Shown piece after piece: positions 35,384 to 48,291 of a stretch of 64,000 nucleotides of DNA. Each line of letters opens with the position of its first letter. Positions within the stretch are counted from its first letter, which is position 1. The stretch spans positions 434,001-498,000 of the forward strand of contig JABVCE010000013.1 in assembly GCA_014905635.1 (NCBI GenBank), given 5' to 3'. A program made the position numbers and the translations under genes. Below the pieces are notes generated by a model. It did no database searches, was not told the origin of the DNA, and saw only the letters and a program-made list of their open reading frames with translations. This DNA comes from Scenedesmus sp. PABB004. Its lineage: Eukaryota.

Positions 35384-36783
35384 ATGACCACCAAGTTCGG
35401 CGTGTTCGGGGAGGCGCCCGGCCTGGGCCAGGGCGACCCCTACATCGACACGGGTGCGCGCGGGTGCGGGCGCTGGGCGCGGCGCGGCCAGCCGCCGGCG
35501 GCGCGCGGCGCGCGCGCCCAGCTCGCCGCCCCCCCCCCCCAGTTAAGCCCGACCCGCGGGACGCGGGGCTCAACTTCAAGGTCCCCGGGCCCAAGAGCGG
35601 GCGGGGCGCGGCGTTTGGGCCGCTGCGGCCGCTGGCCGAGGGCGAGCGCTACGTCGAGCCGCTGCGCGCCGCGCTCGCCGCGCGCAACGCCGCGCGCAAG
35701 GCCAACGTGTCGGGTGCGCGCCGGCGCACACGCGCGCGCCCGCGGCGGCCCCCGCCGCCCGGCCGTCGGCCGAGCGCCGCCCGCCCGCCCACCTGAACGC
35801 GTGGCCGCGCAGACAAGCCCTGGAAGGCGGCCAGCCCCATGGCGGTCAGCGCGTGCCCCGGCGACTTCTATGGCACGCTCGGCGGCGCCGTGCCGCACGT
35901 GCCGGCCGCGCCGGCGGTCGCCAAGAAAAAGGGCGAGGTCGCGGGGGCTGGGCGCAACATCGTGACCGGCCCCGCCAAGCGGGTGCGGCGGCGCTCGCGC
36001 GCGCGGCGGCTGCGGCCCGCCAGCAGCTGCTGGCGGGCCGCCTGGCGCGGCTGCAGCCGCGTCAGGCCTGCGCCGCCCGCCCGTGCGCGCGCAGGGCGGC
36101 TTTGGGTTCAACAAGACCACGCTCAGCGAGCGCCAGGGCGCGCTGGGCGTGGCGGGCGAGTACGAATACATCTCAGACCCCGTCCACGCCGCGACGCGCC
36201 AGCGCGCCGCCGACGCGCCGGCGGCCGCGCCATTCCGGCCGGCCAACCCGCCGCGCCGCGGCGGGCCCGGCACCGTCGCGCGGCACCTCGGCGGCCGGCC
36301 GGCCGGCGCGGTCGGCGAGTTTGCGTGGCAGCCGCGCCCCGAGGCGCCGCCGTCGCGGCCGGGCGGCGCCGCCAGCGGCGCCGCGGCGGCGGCGGCGCAG
36401 CCAGCGGCGGGCGCGGCGTTCCGGCCGGTGTCGCTGCCGCACAAGGGCCCCCTGGCCACGTTCAACAGGTTCCCTGGTGAGCCGGGCACGCGCGTGGGCG
36501 GGGCGGGAGCTGCAGCTCCGCCTTGGCTGAGCGCGGCGCCTGGCTGCCGAGCGCGGCTCGCCCGTCGCCTGGCGACACAGCCCCCCTGCCCTGACACTGC
36601 CGCCTGCCCCTCTCACCGCGCGCAGAGTATCTGCACGACCCGGAGGCGGCCAAGGCCGAGGCGCGGGCGGCCGCGCGCGCGCGGGAGCGTGAGGCGCTCG
36701 CGGGCCGCGCCGGCGGCGCGTGGCGGCCGGGCGGGCAGGTCAAGAGCGATGCGACGCGCAGCATCATCGCGATGAACATTTGA
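35384..36783 (+). CDS. CFAP96: Cilia/flagella-associated protein, CFAP96 (C4orf47/DUF4586)-like, 5 exons
   Basis: FGVFGEAPGLGQGDPYID, LNFKVPGPKSG, LAEGERYVEP, GDFYGTL, RNIVTGPAKR|GGFGFNKTTLS, EYEYISDP, TFNRFP|EYLHDP, ATRSIIAMNI*. Confidence 0.78.
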
Positions 36784-36991
36784 ATGTTCAAACGTGAACA
36801 CATGAGCATGCGGCGCAGCACCGGCAGGCGCCGGCTCGGCCACGGCGCGGCGCGGGGAGGCGGCCGGCCGGTCGGGGCGGGGAACGGCGGTTGCCTGAGC
36901 AGCCCCGCGCGCGCTGCTGAACTCCTCTGGTCAGGGCGCGGCGCCGCCCGCCGCTCTCCTCGTGCGCAGCCTCGTCGCGCCCGCCTCGAGC

Positions 36992-38424
36992 TCACGGCGG
37001 CGGCGCGGCCGGCTGTACCGCCTGCTTGACGGCCGCGCGCGCGACGAGTTCGCTCAGGAACGGCCGCACCGCGGCGGCGACAAACTGCAGCCGCGCGCCC
37101 GTGTCACGGCTTGTCAGCAGGGCGAGCCGCTCCGCGACCCCCAGCTCCAGCAGCGACGCGGCGGCAAAGCTGAACAGCTCCTGCCGCCGCGCCTTGCCCA
37201 GCACCGCGTCGCGCGCCTTCTGGTACGGGTCGGTGTCGGGCGGCCGAGCCGCGCTGCTGCTGCGGCGGCGGCCGCCGCCGCCGCCGTCGTCGTACACGCT
37301 GCCCATGCGCTGCCACGTCGCGACGGCCGCGCCGGTTGGGCCGCCTGCGGCACGCACGGCCACGCAGCGCGCGCGGCGGCGGCGCGTCGGCGGGCGCGCG
37401 CGCCGCGGCTGCCGTGCACGCGCCCGCAGCACGCGCGCCGCGCGGCGCCCCGTGGGCGCACCTGCCCGCACGAGATAGTCGGCCACGCCCGCGCGCCGCG
37501 GCGGCGGCGGCGGCGGCGGCGCGTAGAGGCGCACCGCCTCGGGCAGCACCCCGCCGTCCGGCGCGGCGCCGGGGCCGTGGGCGTGGAGGCCGAGCTGCGC
37601 CGCGTAGGCCGCCACCTGCTGCAGCAGGCCGTGCACCTCCAGCTCGAGCGCGTCGACCGCGGCCTGCGCCGCCGCGGCGCCCGGCCCGGGCGGCGGGGGC
37701 GCGTCGTCGAGCCACGCCGCCGCGGCGACCGGGTAGGGTTTGGCATCGCGGTCGATTGCCAGCAGCCGGAAGCGCCGCCAGCCGCGGTAGTGAACCGCCA
37801 GCCGCCCGCCCTCGAGCGCCTCAATCGACCGCACGGTCGCGACCACGCCCGTGCCCGGCAGGCCGCCGACGGCGCCCTCGGCGAGCAGCGCCGGCGGCGC
37901 TGCCTCGGCGGAGACGACGTGGCCGAACTGCAGCTCCGCGCGCCCGCCGCGCGCCGCCGCCGCCGCCGCGGCTTGCTGCAGGTCGGTGAAGAGGGAGAGA
38001 TAGCGCGGCTCAAACACTGGTGGGACAGGGGCGCAGGGAGTGAACAAGGCGTGACGCGGGCAGCGCGTGCGGCGCGCGCGTGTGCGCAGCACCCGCATGG
38101 GTGCGAGCGCCGCGCGCACCCACCCATCAGCTGCCCCGCCTGCGCGGGGTGCAGCACCGAGGGCAGCGGGAAGAGCGGCAGCGAGAGGAGCGGCGGCACC
38201 GCGCCGTGCTGCTCCGCGCCCTCGCTGCCGGCCGCGCGCAGCGGCGCGAGGCGGGCTCGCCGCCGTTCCCGCGGCGGCTGCTGCTGCTGCTGGCGTCGAG
38301 GCGCCGCCGGCGGCGCCGCTGGCGGGGGCTGCGACCGCGCGCCGCGCCTGGCAGCGGCGGCGCCGTGCGCCGCTGCCGCCTGTGGGAGCTGCATCGGCGC
38401 GTGTGGCAGCTGCGGGGGTGTCAT
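36992..38424 (-). CDS. LON peptidase substrate-binding domain protein, likely plastid-targeted, 3 exons
   Basis: LPLFPLPSVLHPAQAGQLM|VFEPRYLSLF, GRLAVHYRGWRRFRLL, ELFSFAAASLL, ERLALLTSRDTGARL. Confidence 0.85.
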
Positions 38425-38847
38425 GCACACGCGCAGGTGCACGGTTTAGGGGGCGAGCTGTGCGCTGGGGAGGGATGGGGAGGGAATGAAGGTCGCCGCC
38501 GGGGTTCGCAGCGGCGCAACGGATCGCCCCGCGCCGGTGTTCCCTGCCGCCCTGCCGCCACATCGCGCCCGGTGACTCGCGCTCGCAGGCGCAGGTGACA
38601 GCGGCGACAGCGGCGGCAGCGGCAGCAGCGGCGCACTCTTGCGGAGCGCCACGCGGCGGCCCGCCCAGACCCGCGGAGAGCAGTCGCTCGCACCGCCGCA
38701 GCGAGGGCGCCTGGCCGGCGCGCGAAGGGGGCGCTGCGCCGGGGTGGGCCGCGGCAGCGGAGCAGCGGCGAGCCGCCGCCGGCGCGCGCCGGCGGGCCCT
38801 GGGGGCGCGTGCCGCGCCAGCGGCGCGCGGGGCTGGGGGCGGCCGCC

Positions 38848-39838
38848 ATGGTCGACTTCAGTCGGTGCGCGCGCAGCAGCAGCCGCCGCCACAGCGGTCG
38901 CGCGCCGCCCGCGCACCCGCACGCGGCGACGCCCCTCGCCGCCGCCCCGCCGCGCGCCCCGCAGCATCCAGAAGGAGCTCAAGGAGATTGACAGCGACAA
39001 GGCGAGCGGCGTGAGCGTGTCGGTCGTCGGCGACGACCTGCTGCGCCTCGTCGGCAGCGTGCCCGGCCCCGCCGACACGCCGTACGAGGGCGGCGTGTTC
39101 AAGGTCGACATCGCCCTCGACGCGCAGTACCCCTTTGCGCCGCCCAAGATGAAGTTCGTCACGCGCGTGTGGCACCCCAACGTGTCGAGCGCAAACGGCG
39201 CGATCTGCCTCGGTGCGGCGGCGCGCGCGGCGCGGCGCGCGCGCGGGGGGGGGGGGGGGGGCGCGCGCCGCGGCGCTCGCGGCCGCGCCCCGCGCTCACG
39301 TGCCCTGCCGCGCCCCGCGCCCCGCCGCGCCCCGCGCCCCGCGCCGCGCCGCGGGGTCAGACATCTTGAAGGACCAGTGGAGCCCCGCGCTCACGCTCAA
39401 GACGGCGCTGCTGAGCCTGCAGGCGCTGCTCGCGTCGCCGCAGCCGGACGACCCGCAGGACGCGGTCGTCGCGGGGCAGTTCCGCGCCGACCGCGCGACG
39501 TTTGACAAGACAGCAAAGTACTGGACCGAGGCCTTCGCCAACCCCAACGCGGGTGCGCGGCGCGCGGCGGCGCGCGCGGGCGGCGGCGGCGCGGCGGCGG
39601 CGCGGCCGCGCGTGCTGCTGGCGTGGGGCCGGCGGCGGCGGCGTCGGCGGCGCTCACGCGCCCCCGCCCGCCCGCGCGCCCGGGCGCGCTGTGCCCGCCT
39701 GCCTGCCTGCCAGGCGACGAGGAGGCGAAGATTCAAAAGATCGTGGAGATGGGCTTTGACCGTGCCGCCGCGCTGTCGGCGCTCACGGCCGCGGGCGGCG
39801 ACGAGAACGCGGCGCTGGAGGCGCTGCTCGGCGCCTGA
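38848..39838 (+). CDS. UBC27: Ubiquitin-conjugating enzyme E2 with C-terminal UBA (UBC27/UBE2K/Ubc1 type), 4 exons
   Basis: [73 protein letters not shown]. Confidence 0.95.
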
Positions 39839-40452
39839 GCGGCAGGCGGGCGCCGACCGCGAGCGAGCGCGCGGCGGCGGGCGCCGAGCGGCGCGCGGGC
39901 GCGCGCGCTGCGCCGGGCGGCCGCAGCGGCTGCTGCCCGGCGGGCGCGTGGGCGGGGCGGGGTCGGGGTCGGGGCGGTCGCCGGGGCTCGTGCGTAACAG
40001 GCCTAGGGCGCAAAACAAGGCAGTCCTCGCTCAGGCCGCGCGGCCTGATCAGCGCAGTCCCTCCCTCGCGCACCCCTGCAGGTTTGTGTTGTGTGCTCCG
40101 TCAAGAGAGGGAAAACTGTCACGGGCGGCGGGGCGAGGCTGCCACCGCTCGCCGCTGCGCGCGACACCATCACAACAGACACAGATCAAGGCCCGGCCAC
40201 ACAGCGGTTTGACGGTCGTCGTTGATTTGACGGCGAGCGCACGCCTGGTGCTCGGCGGGCGCCCGCCGATGCCAGCCACGCCCTGCGTCCCCAAAACGCT
40301 AGTGCCGTCGCTGCAGGGTCGCAGCACGCGGCGCGCCCGCCGGCGTGGCCCCTTGGATCAGGGGCCCCGCGTTGCGGCGGGCGCAAGGGTGTGGATCAGC
40401 GCGGCAGCGCGCCGGCCAACTGCTCAACTCAACGGAACCCACCCACACCCGC

Positions 40453-42467
40453 TCAGTGCTCCTCCTCCATCACCGAGGGCGGCAGGTGCGGCATGTCGCC
40501 GGCGCCCGGCGGCGGGACGAACGCGCGCAGGCTGTCGAAGCTCGCGTTGCGCGACATGCGGCGCAGCACGCTGTTCGCGGAGTCGGTCCGCAGGCAGAGC
40601 AGGGTGGGCTGGCTGCGGTTCTGGGCGAGGAAGGCCTCGCTGTTGCGCGCGCCAAAGCCCACGAGCAGCGCGTGCATGGGCACGGCGTCGGGCTTGACCG
40701 CCGGCACGTGCGAAAACTTGTTGGCCGCCAGCTCGCACGCGAGGTCGAGCGGGACCCAGCCGTCGGCGTTGGCGAGCGCCACGTCGGCGCCCGCCGCCAG
40801 CAGCGCGTGCACGAGCGACGGCGCGAGGTCCTCCGGCGTGCGCGGCGCGACCGGCCAGTACATCAAAGCCGAATTGCCGTGGGTGTCGCACGCGTTGGGG
40901 TCGGCGCCCGACGCGAGCAGCAGCTGCATCGCGCCGAGATCACCGCGCCTGCGCGTCGCGGCGCGCGGCGGCAGCGGCGGTGGGCGGCGGCGGCGGCAGG
41001 CAGAGAGGGCGCGGGCGCAGGCGCGCCGCGCACGCCGCAACGCGGCTGGCTCACCGCATCGCGATGTGCAGCTGGCTGAAGCCGTCGAGCCCCGGAAAGC
41101 GCGTGTTGATGCTGCCGGGGTGGAGGTCGAGGCCGCCGTAGCTGCACAGCGCGCGGATGATGCCGCCGTGGCCCGGCAGCGGCGCGCGCGGCGCCGCGCC
41201 CGCCGGCGCGCACGGGCGCCGGCCGGACCTGCTGCCGCCGCCGCCGCCGCCGGGCGCGGAGCTGCTCGCGGCGCTCGCGCTGAGCTGCTCGCTGCTCACG
41301 CCGTCGCTCGCTGGCAGGCTGGGCGGCGCGCTCGCGCCGCCGCAGCTCGTGCCGCTCGCCGGCAGCGCGCCGCCGGCGCCGGGGTCGGGCGCGGTGGCGA
41401 TGAGCCCGCTGCTGCAGCTGGGCGCGCCGCTCGCGCCGCAGCAGGCCCCGGCGCACGCGCACGCGCAGCCGCGCGCCTGCTGCCGGTAGTGCTCGCCCGC
41501 GGCGCCGAGCGCGGGACGCGGGCTCAGCTGCTGCGCGTGCAGCGCGTGCGTGAGCGCCGAGTGGCGCCGGTTGTCCAACAGGCGCGCGTTGGCGCCGCAC
41601 TCCAGCAGCTGGGTCAGCAGCTCCCGGCTCGCCCACGGCGACGCCGCCGCGTGCATGAGGGGGGTCATGCCGTCACCGTCGGCCGCGTTGACGTCCGCGC
41701 CGTGGTGCACGAGCATTATGACCGCCTTGACAAGCGCGGCGCTGCGCGGCGCCGCCGCCGCCGCGTCCGCGCCACTGTCGGCTGCCAGCTGCGGGGGCTT
41801 GCCGCCGCCGCCGCCGGCGGCGGCTGCGGCGAAGGGGTCGCCGCCGCCGCCCGGCGGCGCGACCAGCAGCGCGAGCGCGGTGCGGCCAGCCGCGTCTTTG
41901 GCGTTGACGTCCGCCAGCACGTGCCTGCACAGCGCGTCGAGCGTCCTCAGCGCCGCCGCCACGCCCTGCCCCGCCGCCGCGGCCGCCGCGACGCCGCGCG
42001 CCGCGAGCATGACAGGCGTGACGCCGTCGCCGTTGCGCGAGCCCGCGCCCGCGCCTGCCGCCAGCAGCGAGGCCACCATGGCCGCCTGCGCCGTCGCAGC
42101 GGCCGCCGGCGAGGCGGGCAGCGCCGAGCGGCCGCGCGCGTGCGAGCCCGACCCCGTGCCGCCGCCGCCGCCGCCGCTGCTCCTGCTGCTGCTGCTGCCG
42201 CGGAGGCAGGCGGAGAGGCAGCCGAGCGAGACGGCGCCGCCGCCGCCCGCGGCGACAGCGTCGCCCGCGGGCGCCGCCGCCTGCGCCGACATCGGCAGCA
42301 GCACCAGGTGCAGCGCCGTGTTGCCGGCGGCGTCCAGCTGCGCGCCCGGCGCCGCACCGGCCGCCAGCAGCTGCGCGAGCGCGCGCACGTCGCGCAGGCG
42401 GCACGCCGCCGCGAGCGCCCGCAGCTGCTCCGACAGCCGCGCCGGCTCGCGCGCCGGCAGCGCGGCA

Positions 42468-42499
<32 letters not shown>

Positions 42500-42933
42500 G
42501 CCGCTCGCGCTGCGCCCGAAGCGCAGGCTCGCCGCCCGCACCACGCCGGCGCCGCCCGACGAGGGCGCGCGGACGAGCATCATGCTGGCCATGTCCAGCC
42601 GCCCATCGGGCATGAGCAGGTCTGCGGCGCGCGGCCGGCAGCGCGTGGTCGGCGCGGGGCGCCGCTGCGCGGGTGAGGCGGTGGCCGTGGCTCCTCGCTG
42701 CCGGCCGCACCGGAGGGCGTGACGCTGCTGAAGGGCCCAGTCGGCGCGCGTGTGGAGGCCTGGCGCTTGAAGGCGGCGCCGCTGCCGCCGGCGCACGCGG
42801 CGCTGCTGCCGCCGGCGAACGCGGCGCTGCTGCCGCCGCTGATGTCGATGGAGCGCCGGGGGGTGCAGCGCGTCTCCAGGGCGATGGGGCACACGTCTTG
42901 GGCGTCCATCGCGTCGCTCTGCTGCGCCGGCAT
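40453..42933 (-). CDS. Ankyrin repeat protein, at least 3 exons
   Basis: [65 protein letters not shown]; start uncertain (frame open to 43410, which is close to the upstream gene's stop). Confidence 0.85.
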
Positions 42934-43501
42934 CTCGGTCGGCCGCCCCGCGCTCAACGGCGCCGCGCGGGCCGCTGCTGCGCGCGGGCCGCTACTGCTC
43001 GGTCTCGAGCTGCTGGGCGCGGCGGAGGAGGCGCTGGAGAGGGGGGCGACCGCGCAGACGCTCGCGGCCGCCAACGCGGCTGCGCCGCGGGCCTGTTGCG
43101 CCCGTGGTGAGTTTCCCCAGCTCGGCGGGGAGTGGGGGACAGGCAGCGGGGCCGGGCATGCGAGGCGCGCGGCGGCGGCAGGGGCGCTCGTCAGCGACGC
43201 CGCGCGTTGCAAGCCCGCGCCTCGGGCAACAACAACAACAGGCGCACTCGCTGCGACCGTGAACGCGTGCCCGGCACACCGCCGGCGCCGCCCCAGCGCG
43301 CAGCCGACCGCCGCCTGCCCCGGCCGCAGGCGCCAGCGGCGACCAGGCCTGGCCGCCGCGGGGGCGCCGCCCACGCTGCGTTCTGTTTGTACAGCATGAC
43401 CGCGAACCATTCAAGCTCGAACCATTGACAACCTCGACGCAACGCGAGTCAAGGCAATGGGGGTTTCGTGCGCGGCCGCCACGGCGCGCGCAATACTGTG
43501 C

Positions 43502-46500
43502 TCACAGCGCGCGCACCGCGCGCGGCTCCTTCCACGCCGGCCCTGCCGCCGCCGACTCGGCCAGCTCGCGCCCAAACACGGCCGGCGCCCAGCTGCCGTG
43601 CAGGCCGGCGGGCAGGAAGTGGGGCAGGCGGATCGTCGCGACCGGCCCCGCCGCGAGGCGCGCCGCGTCGAGGATGACGAGCTCGCCCCGGCCGCTCGCG
43701 GCGTCGTGCACCGTGGCGAGCACCCAGCCGTCGTCCTCGGCGCGCCCGCCGGGGTGCGGCACGAACAGCGGCTCCATGACGAGCCGCCGCGGCCCCGCGT
43801 CCCACAGGTCGACCGCGACGCCCGCCTCAAACAGCGGCCGGCCCTGCGCGCCGCGCGGACGCGGGCGGGTCGGGGCGCGCGCCGCGCGCCGTGGGTCGGT
43901 GCGCGCCGCGCGCCGCGAGCCGCGGGCTGCAGGCGCGCCGGCTGCCCCCCCCCCCCCCCCACCTGCGTGCCGGCCAGGGGGTCTGGCAGCGTCAGCTTCA
44001 TCACGCACTGCGTCGGGCCCTGCGCCGGCGGCACGGGCGGGCGCGGCGCGGCGCGGCGGGCGCGGCGGGCGCGGCGCGGCGGGCGCGGCGGGCGCGCTCA
44101 GCGCGGCTGGCGCGATGACGCGGCGGCGGCGCGGCGTGCTGTGCGGCGCGGCGCGCTGCGTGCGCGCACCCAGTGCAGCTCGTCGTCGACGCGGTCCGCG
44201 CAGCAGTAGATGTGGCGGTGCGGCGCGCCGGTGGCGCGCGGCGCGACGCTCGGGAACTCGACGCAGCGGCGCGCGAGGCGCGTGTTGGAGGCGAGCCGCC
44301 CCGCGGCCGCGCCGCCGCCGCCGTCGCCGGCGGGCACGGGCGGGGGGAGCTCAAACACGAGCCGCCGCAGCTGGCTGCGCGCGCCGCCGGTGTAGTAGCG
44401 GGGCGAGAGGTTGTGCTGGTTGTTCTCAAACGCCACGCTGTCCCACGCGACGGTGTCGAGCACGACCTGCTGCCCCCGCCCGGGCGCGGAGGGCGGCGCC
44501 TAGCGGGCGCGCGGCGCGGCGGCGGCGGCGGGCGGGGCTGGGTCGAGGGGCGAGCTGCGCGCACGCAGCCCGCGCGCAGGCTGCGCTTGCCGGAAGAGGT
44601 GCCTGAGCAGGCCGGCTGGGCGAGGGCGCGCGGGCGCCGCGCACCTGGAAGGCGTTGACGTGGTGGAAGGTGAACATCGGCGGCGCGTCGGCGACGCACG
44701 GCGCGGTGCCCGCTGCGCGCGCGCGTGCGAGCGGGCGGGCGCGGCACGCGTGAGCGCGGCGGCGGCGGCGGGAGGGGGCGGCGCGGCGCGGCGCGGGTGG
44801 CGGCGGCGGCGCGCACCCGCGGCGCCGCGTGCGCGCGGGACGAGGTGCACGCGCGTCGGCTGGGAGTCGTCATACACGAGGCACTCGGCGATCGAGCAGC
44901 GGCTGGTCAAATACTCTGCCGAATGGCGGCGGCGCAGCGGCGGCGGCGCAGCGTGTGGGCGGCAGGGGCGCGGCGGCAGCGGCGCGGCGGCAGCGGCGCG
45001 GCGGCAGCGGCGCGGCAGGAGAGCAGCGCCAGCGGTGCGCGGCGGCGCACCGGTGAGGAACTTGGCGGGCGCAAAGTTGACCGGGCCCACGACCACGACT
45101 GCGGCGGCGGCGCGCGCGGCGGCCCGCGTCGGACGGCGTGGCGCCGCGGGCGCCACGCGCGCGGCGGCGCGGGCGCGGGCGCGCGTGCGCTTGGGCGCGG
45201 GGCGCGGGGCGCGGCGCGGCGCGGCGCGGCGCTCGCCGTAGTAGTCCTGCGTGACGGCGATGTCGTGGATCATCGCCACGCTCACGCCCGGCAGCCGGTA
45301 CGGCTGCGGCGCCACGGCGAGCTGCCCGTCCTCTGCGGCCGCGCGGGTGGCGGCGGCGTGCGCGGCGGGGCGCGCGCGCCGGCGCCGGCCGCGGCGGGCC
45401 TGCTGTGGCGCGCGGGCGCGGCGCGCGCGGCGCGGGGCGCGGGGCGCGCACCGCTGAACTCGTAAAACTGGAGCTCGGCGTCGCCGAGGCCGGTGTTGAA
45501 GCTGAAGCCAACCCACGTGGCGCCGCCGCCGCCGGCCGCCGGCGGCTGCCCCGCCGGCTGCTGCCCCGCCGGCTGCTGCCCCGCCGGCTGGCCGCCCTCG
45601 GCGTCCGCCCCGGGCGGCGGGGGCAGGATGCGGTAGTGAGCGGCGAGCACGGGCGTTGCCAGCTGGCCGCCCAGCGTGGTCTCGCCGAGCGTGTCGAGGC
45701 TGGCGGGGTCGAGCTCGTGCGGCGGCCCGCTCTGCGGCCGCGGCGGCGGCGGCGGCAAACACGTCAGCGAGAGGGGCTAATCGGAGCGCACGCGAGGCCG
45801 GGCGCGCCGGGGCCGGCGGCGGGCCGCCCGTGCGGCGCGGGCCGCGGCGCGGGCGCCGCACCTCGTACAGCGCCAGCAGGCGGCCGCCCCAGTGCAGCAC
45901 GCCTGCGGCGGCGCCGGCGGCGGCGGCGCCGGCGGCGGCGCGAGCTCGCGCGCGCGCTCGGCTGGCGGCGCTGCGCGGCGCCGGCGGCGCGGCCGCCGCG
46001 CGCGGCGCACCCGTGTTGGCCACGTTTTTGAGCTTGAAGTCAAAGGGGTTGAACAGCAGGCTGCCGTCCGCGGCGCCGCGCGTGAACGCGGTGCGGTGCA
46101 CGGGGCGCCCCGCGGCCTGGCGGCGGCGGGCACAGCGGCGGCGGCGGCGGCCGGCGTCGGCGGCGCGCGCTCTGCGGGCGCGGCGCGGCGGCGACGCGGG
46201 TGCGGGCCGCCAGCTCAGGCGCTGCGGCGCGGCCGCGCCTGCTCGTCGAGGAAGCCCTGCGTGCGCACGAAGCGGTTCTTGAACCACACGCGCCCGCCGT
46301 CAAACGCAAAGCTCAGCACCATGCCGTCGCCGTCAAACGTGTGCCGCCGGTACCGCTCGTTCGCGACCTGCGCGCGCCGCAGGTCGGGACGGCGTGCGCA
46401 GTCGGCGGGGGCCCAGCGCGGCGGCGCGCGCGCCGGGGGCGCCCTGCTGCCGGCGCCGCGCGCGCCTGCAGGCCCGGGCCGTTGCGGAAGTACGTGCCGT

Positions 46501-47174
46501 GCAGCTCCTCGGGGATGGTGCCCTCCACCTGGCCGGCCAGGGCGGGGCGCGGCGCTGAGCGGTCGCCGCCAGCGCGCGCCCCGCCGGCGCGCGCCCCGCC
46601 CTGCTGCGCGCCGCACCCAGGCATCCTGGACGAGGTAGTCGTATTCAGTAAGCTGACTCTGATAGAGTCCGCGGATGTCGGCGATCGTCGCGTCTGCGGC
46701 GCCCCGGCCAAGCGCAGGCTTCCTCGACGAGCTGGCGCGGCCGCGCCGCCACCACCCGCCGGTGCCCAGCGCCGCCGCCGCGCCGCGTGTGGAGCGCGCG
46801 CCGCCGCCGCCACCCGTCCCCACCCAGCGCTGCTGCGGCCGCGCGCGCTCACCGGTGACGCGGTAGGGCGGCTCGTCGGCGCTGGGCGCGGCGTTGGCGG
46901 GCGGCGGCGTCGCCGGCCGGGCAGCGGCGCCCGCTGCTGCTGCGCCCGCTCGCGCGGCGCGGCGGGGCGCGGCGCGGCCTGCGGAACGGCGCGGAGGCAC
47001 TGCGTGAGTGTGCTGTCGCCAACCGTGGTGCAAGCGGCCGCCGATCGCGATCGGGCGCGTGAGGGGGGCGCAGGTGGTGCGAGCGCGTCCGCCGCGGCGC
47101 CGCTGCGCACCATGCGCGGCGCCAGCGTGGCCGTGCCGCCGCCCGGTAGTCTGCTGGGGGGCCAGCGAACGCAT
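43502..47174 (-). CDS. Carotenoid cleavage oxygenase (RPE65 family), plastid-targeted, about 15 exons
   Basis: VEGTIPEELHGTYFRNGPG, HTFDGDGM, KNVANT, four Fe-ligand His contexts (LAAHY, MIHDIA, FHHVNAF, GLHGSW), EFP, EPLFVP, EDDGWVL. Confidence 0.92.
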
Positions 47175-47494
47175 GGCGCTGCTTGCGCTGCCCCGGGGTG
47201 GCGTGTGGGCGCGGCGCCGCGCCGGGCGAGCAGCGCCGCTGCGGTGGCGCCGGCGGTGCGCTGCTGCGGCCGGCGGCGTGGGCTTGGGGAAGGCACAAGC
47301 GCTGCTTGACTGCGGAGGACGCGGAAGGGCAGCACGCCGATGCGACACGGCGCCGCGCTCGAACGACGCCCCGGCGCCTGGTCATTCGCCTGCGCCTGTC
47401 GTCCGCACGAACATCACTATATTACACCGCTCTCTTTGGCCTCCCACCAGTCTTTCCGCTCGTTCGTTGGTTGCGCGCGCGCGGCGTGCGCGCG

Positions 47495-48291
47495 TCAGGG
47501 CGCGGACGCGGCCGCCGGCGCCACGGCCGGCGGCACCGCCAGCTCCAGCGCCGCGGGCGCGGCCTGCACCTCGGCCGCGGCCTGCGCCGCCGCCTGGGCC
47601 GGCGCCGCCGCCTGGGCCTGCGCCGCCGCCTGGGCCTGCGCCGCGAGCGCAGCGGCGTACTCGGTGGCCTGGGCCTCGGCCTCCTTCGGGTCCACGCCCG
47701 CCGCGACGAGCGCCGCCTGCCGCGCGGCCGCCTGCTGCTTCAGCCAGTTGCCCCAGTCGCCGTCGCCAGGCCAGCCCCACCGGCTGTCGCCCGGCGGGCG
47801 CCATCCGCCTCCGGGCGCGCGCCAGCCGCCGCCGCGCCACGGGTCGCGGTTCCAGTCGCGCCAGTCGCCCGAGCCGCCGCCCGAGCGCCCATCCCACGTG
47901 CCCCAGTCGGGCCCGCGCCCCCCGCCGTTCCAGCGGCCGCCCGCCCACTGCTCGAGCTGCGCGCCCGGCGGCGGCGCCGCCGCGCCGCCGGGCGGCACCG
48001 CCACCGCGCCAGTCGTGGCGGGCGCCGCGGTCGTCGCCGCGGGGTCAGCCGCAGACTGCGCCGCCGCGGGGTCGGCCTGCAGCAGCTTGCGGGACGTGGG
48101 GCCGCCTGCGGCGGGAGAGCGGGGCGAGGCGGGGTGGGCAGGGGCAGGCGGTTAACGAGCTCATTCACCGAGCTCGAGGGCGCCAGGCTGGCAGCCAGCG
48201 CTGGCTGCCAGCGCTCACCCCCGGCGCTCGCCGCCGCCGCCGCCGTGGCCAGCAGCACGATCGCAATCAGCAGGCCCAGAGGGGCCCGCAT
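47495..48291 (-). CDS. Small secreted protein with RKLL motif and Trp/Gly/Arg/Asp-rich core, 2 exons
   Basis: Signal peptide MRAPLGLLIAIVLLATAAAAASA, GT-AG intron ~48218-48106, then GPTSRKLLQ, W-rich segment and Ala/Gln-rich tail; TGTAA on minus strand at 47426-47422. Confidence 0.72.
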
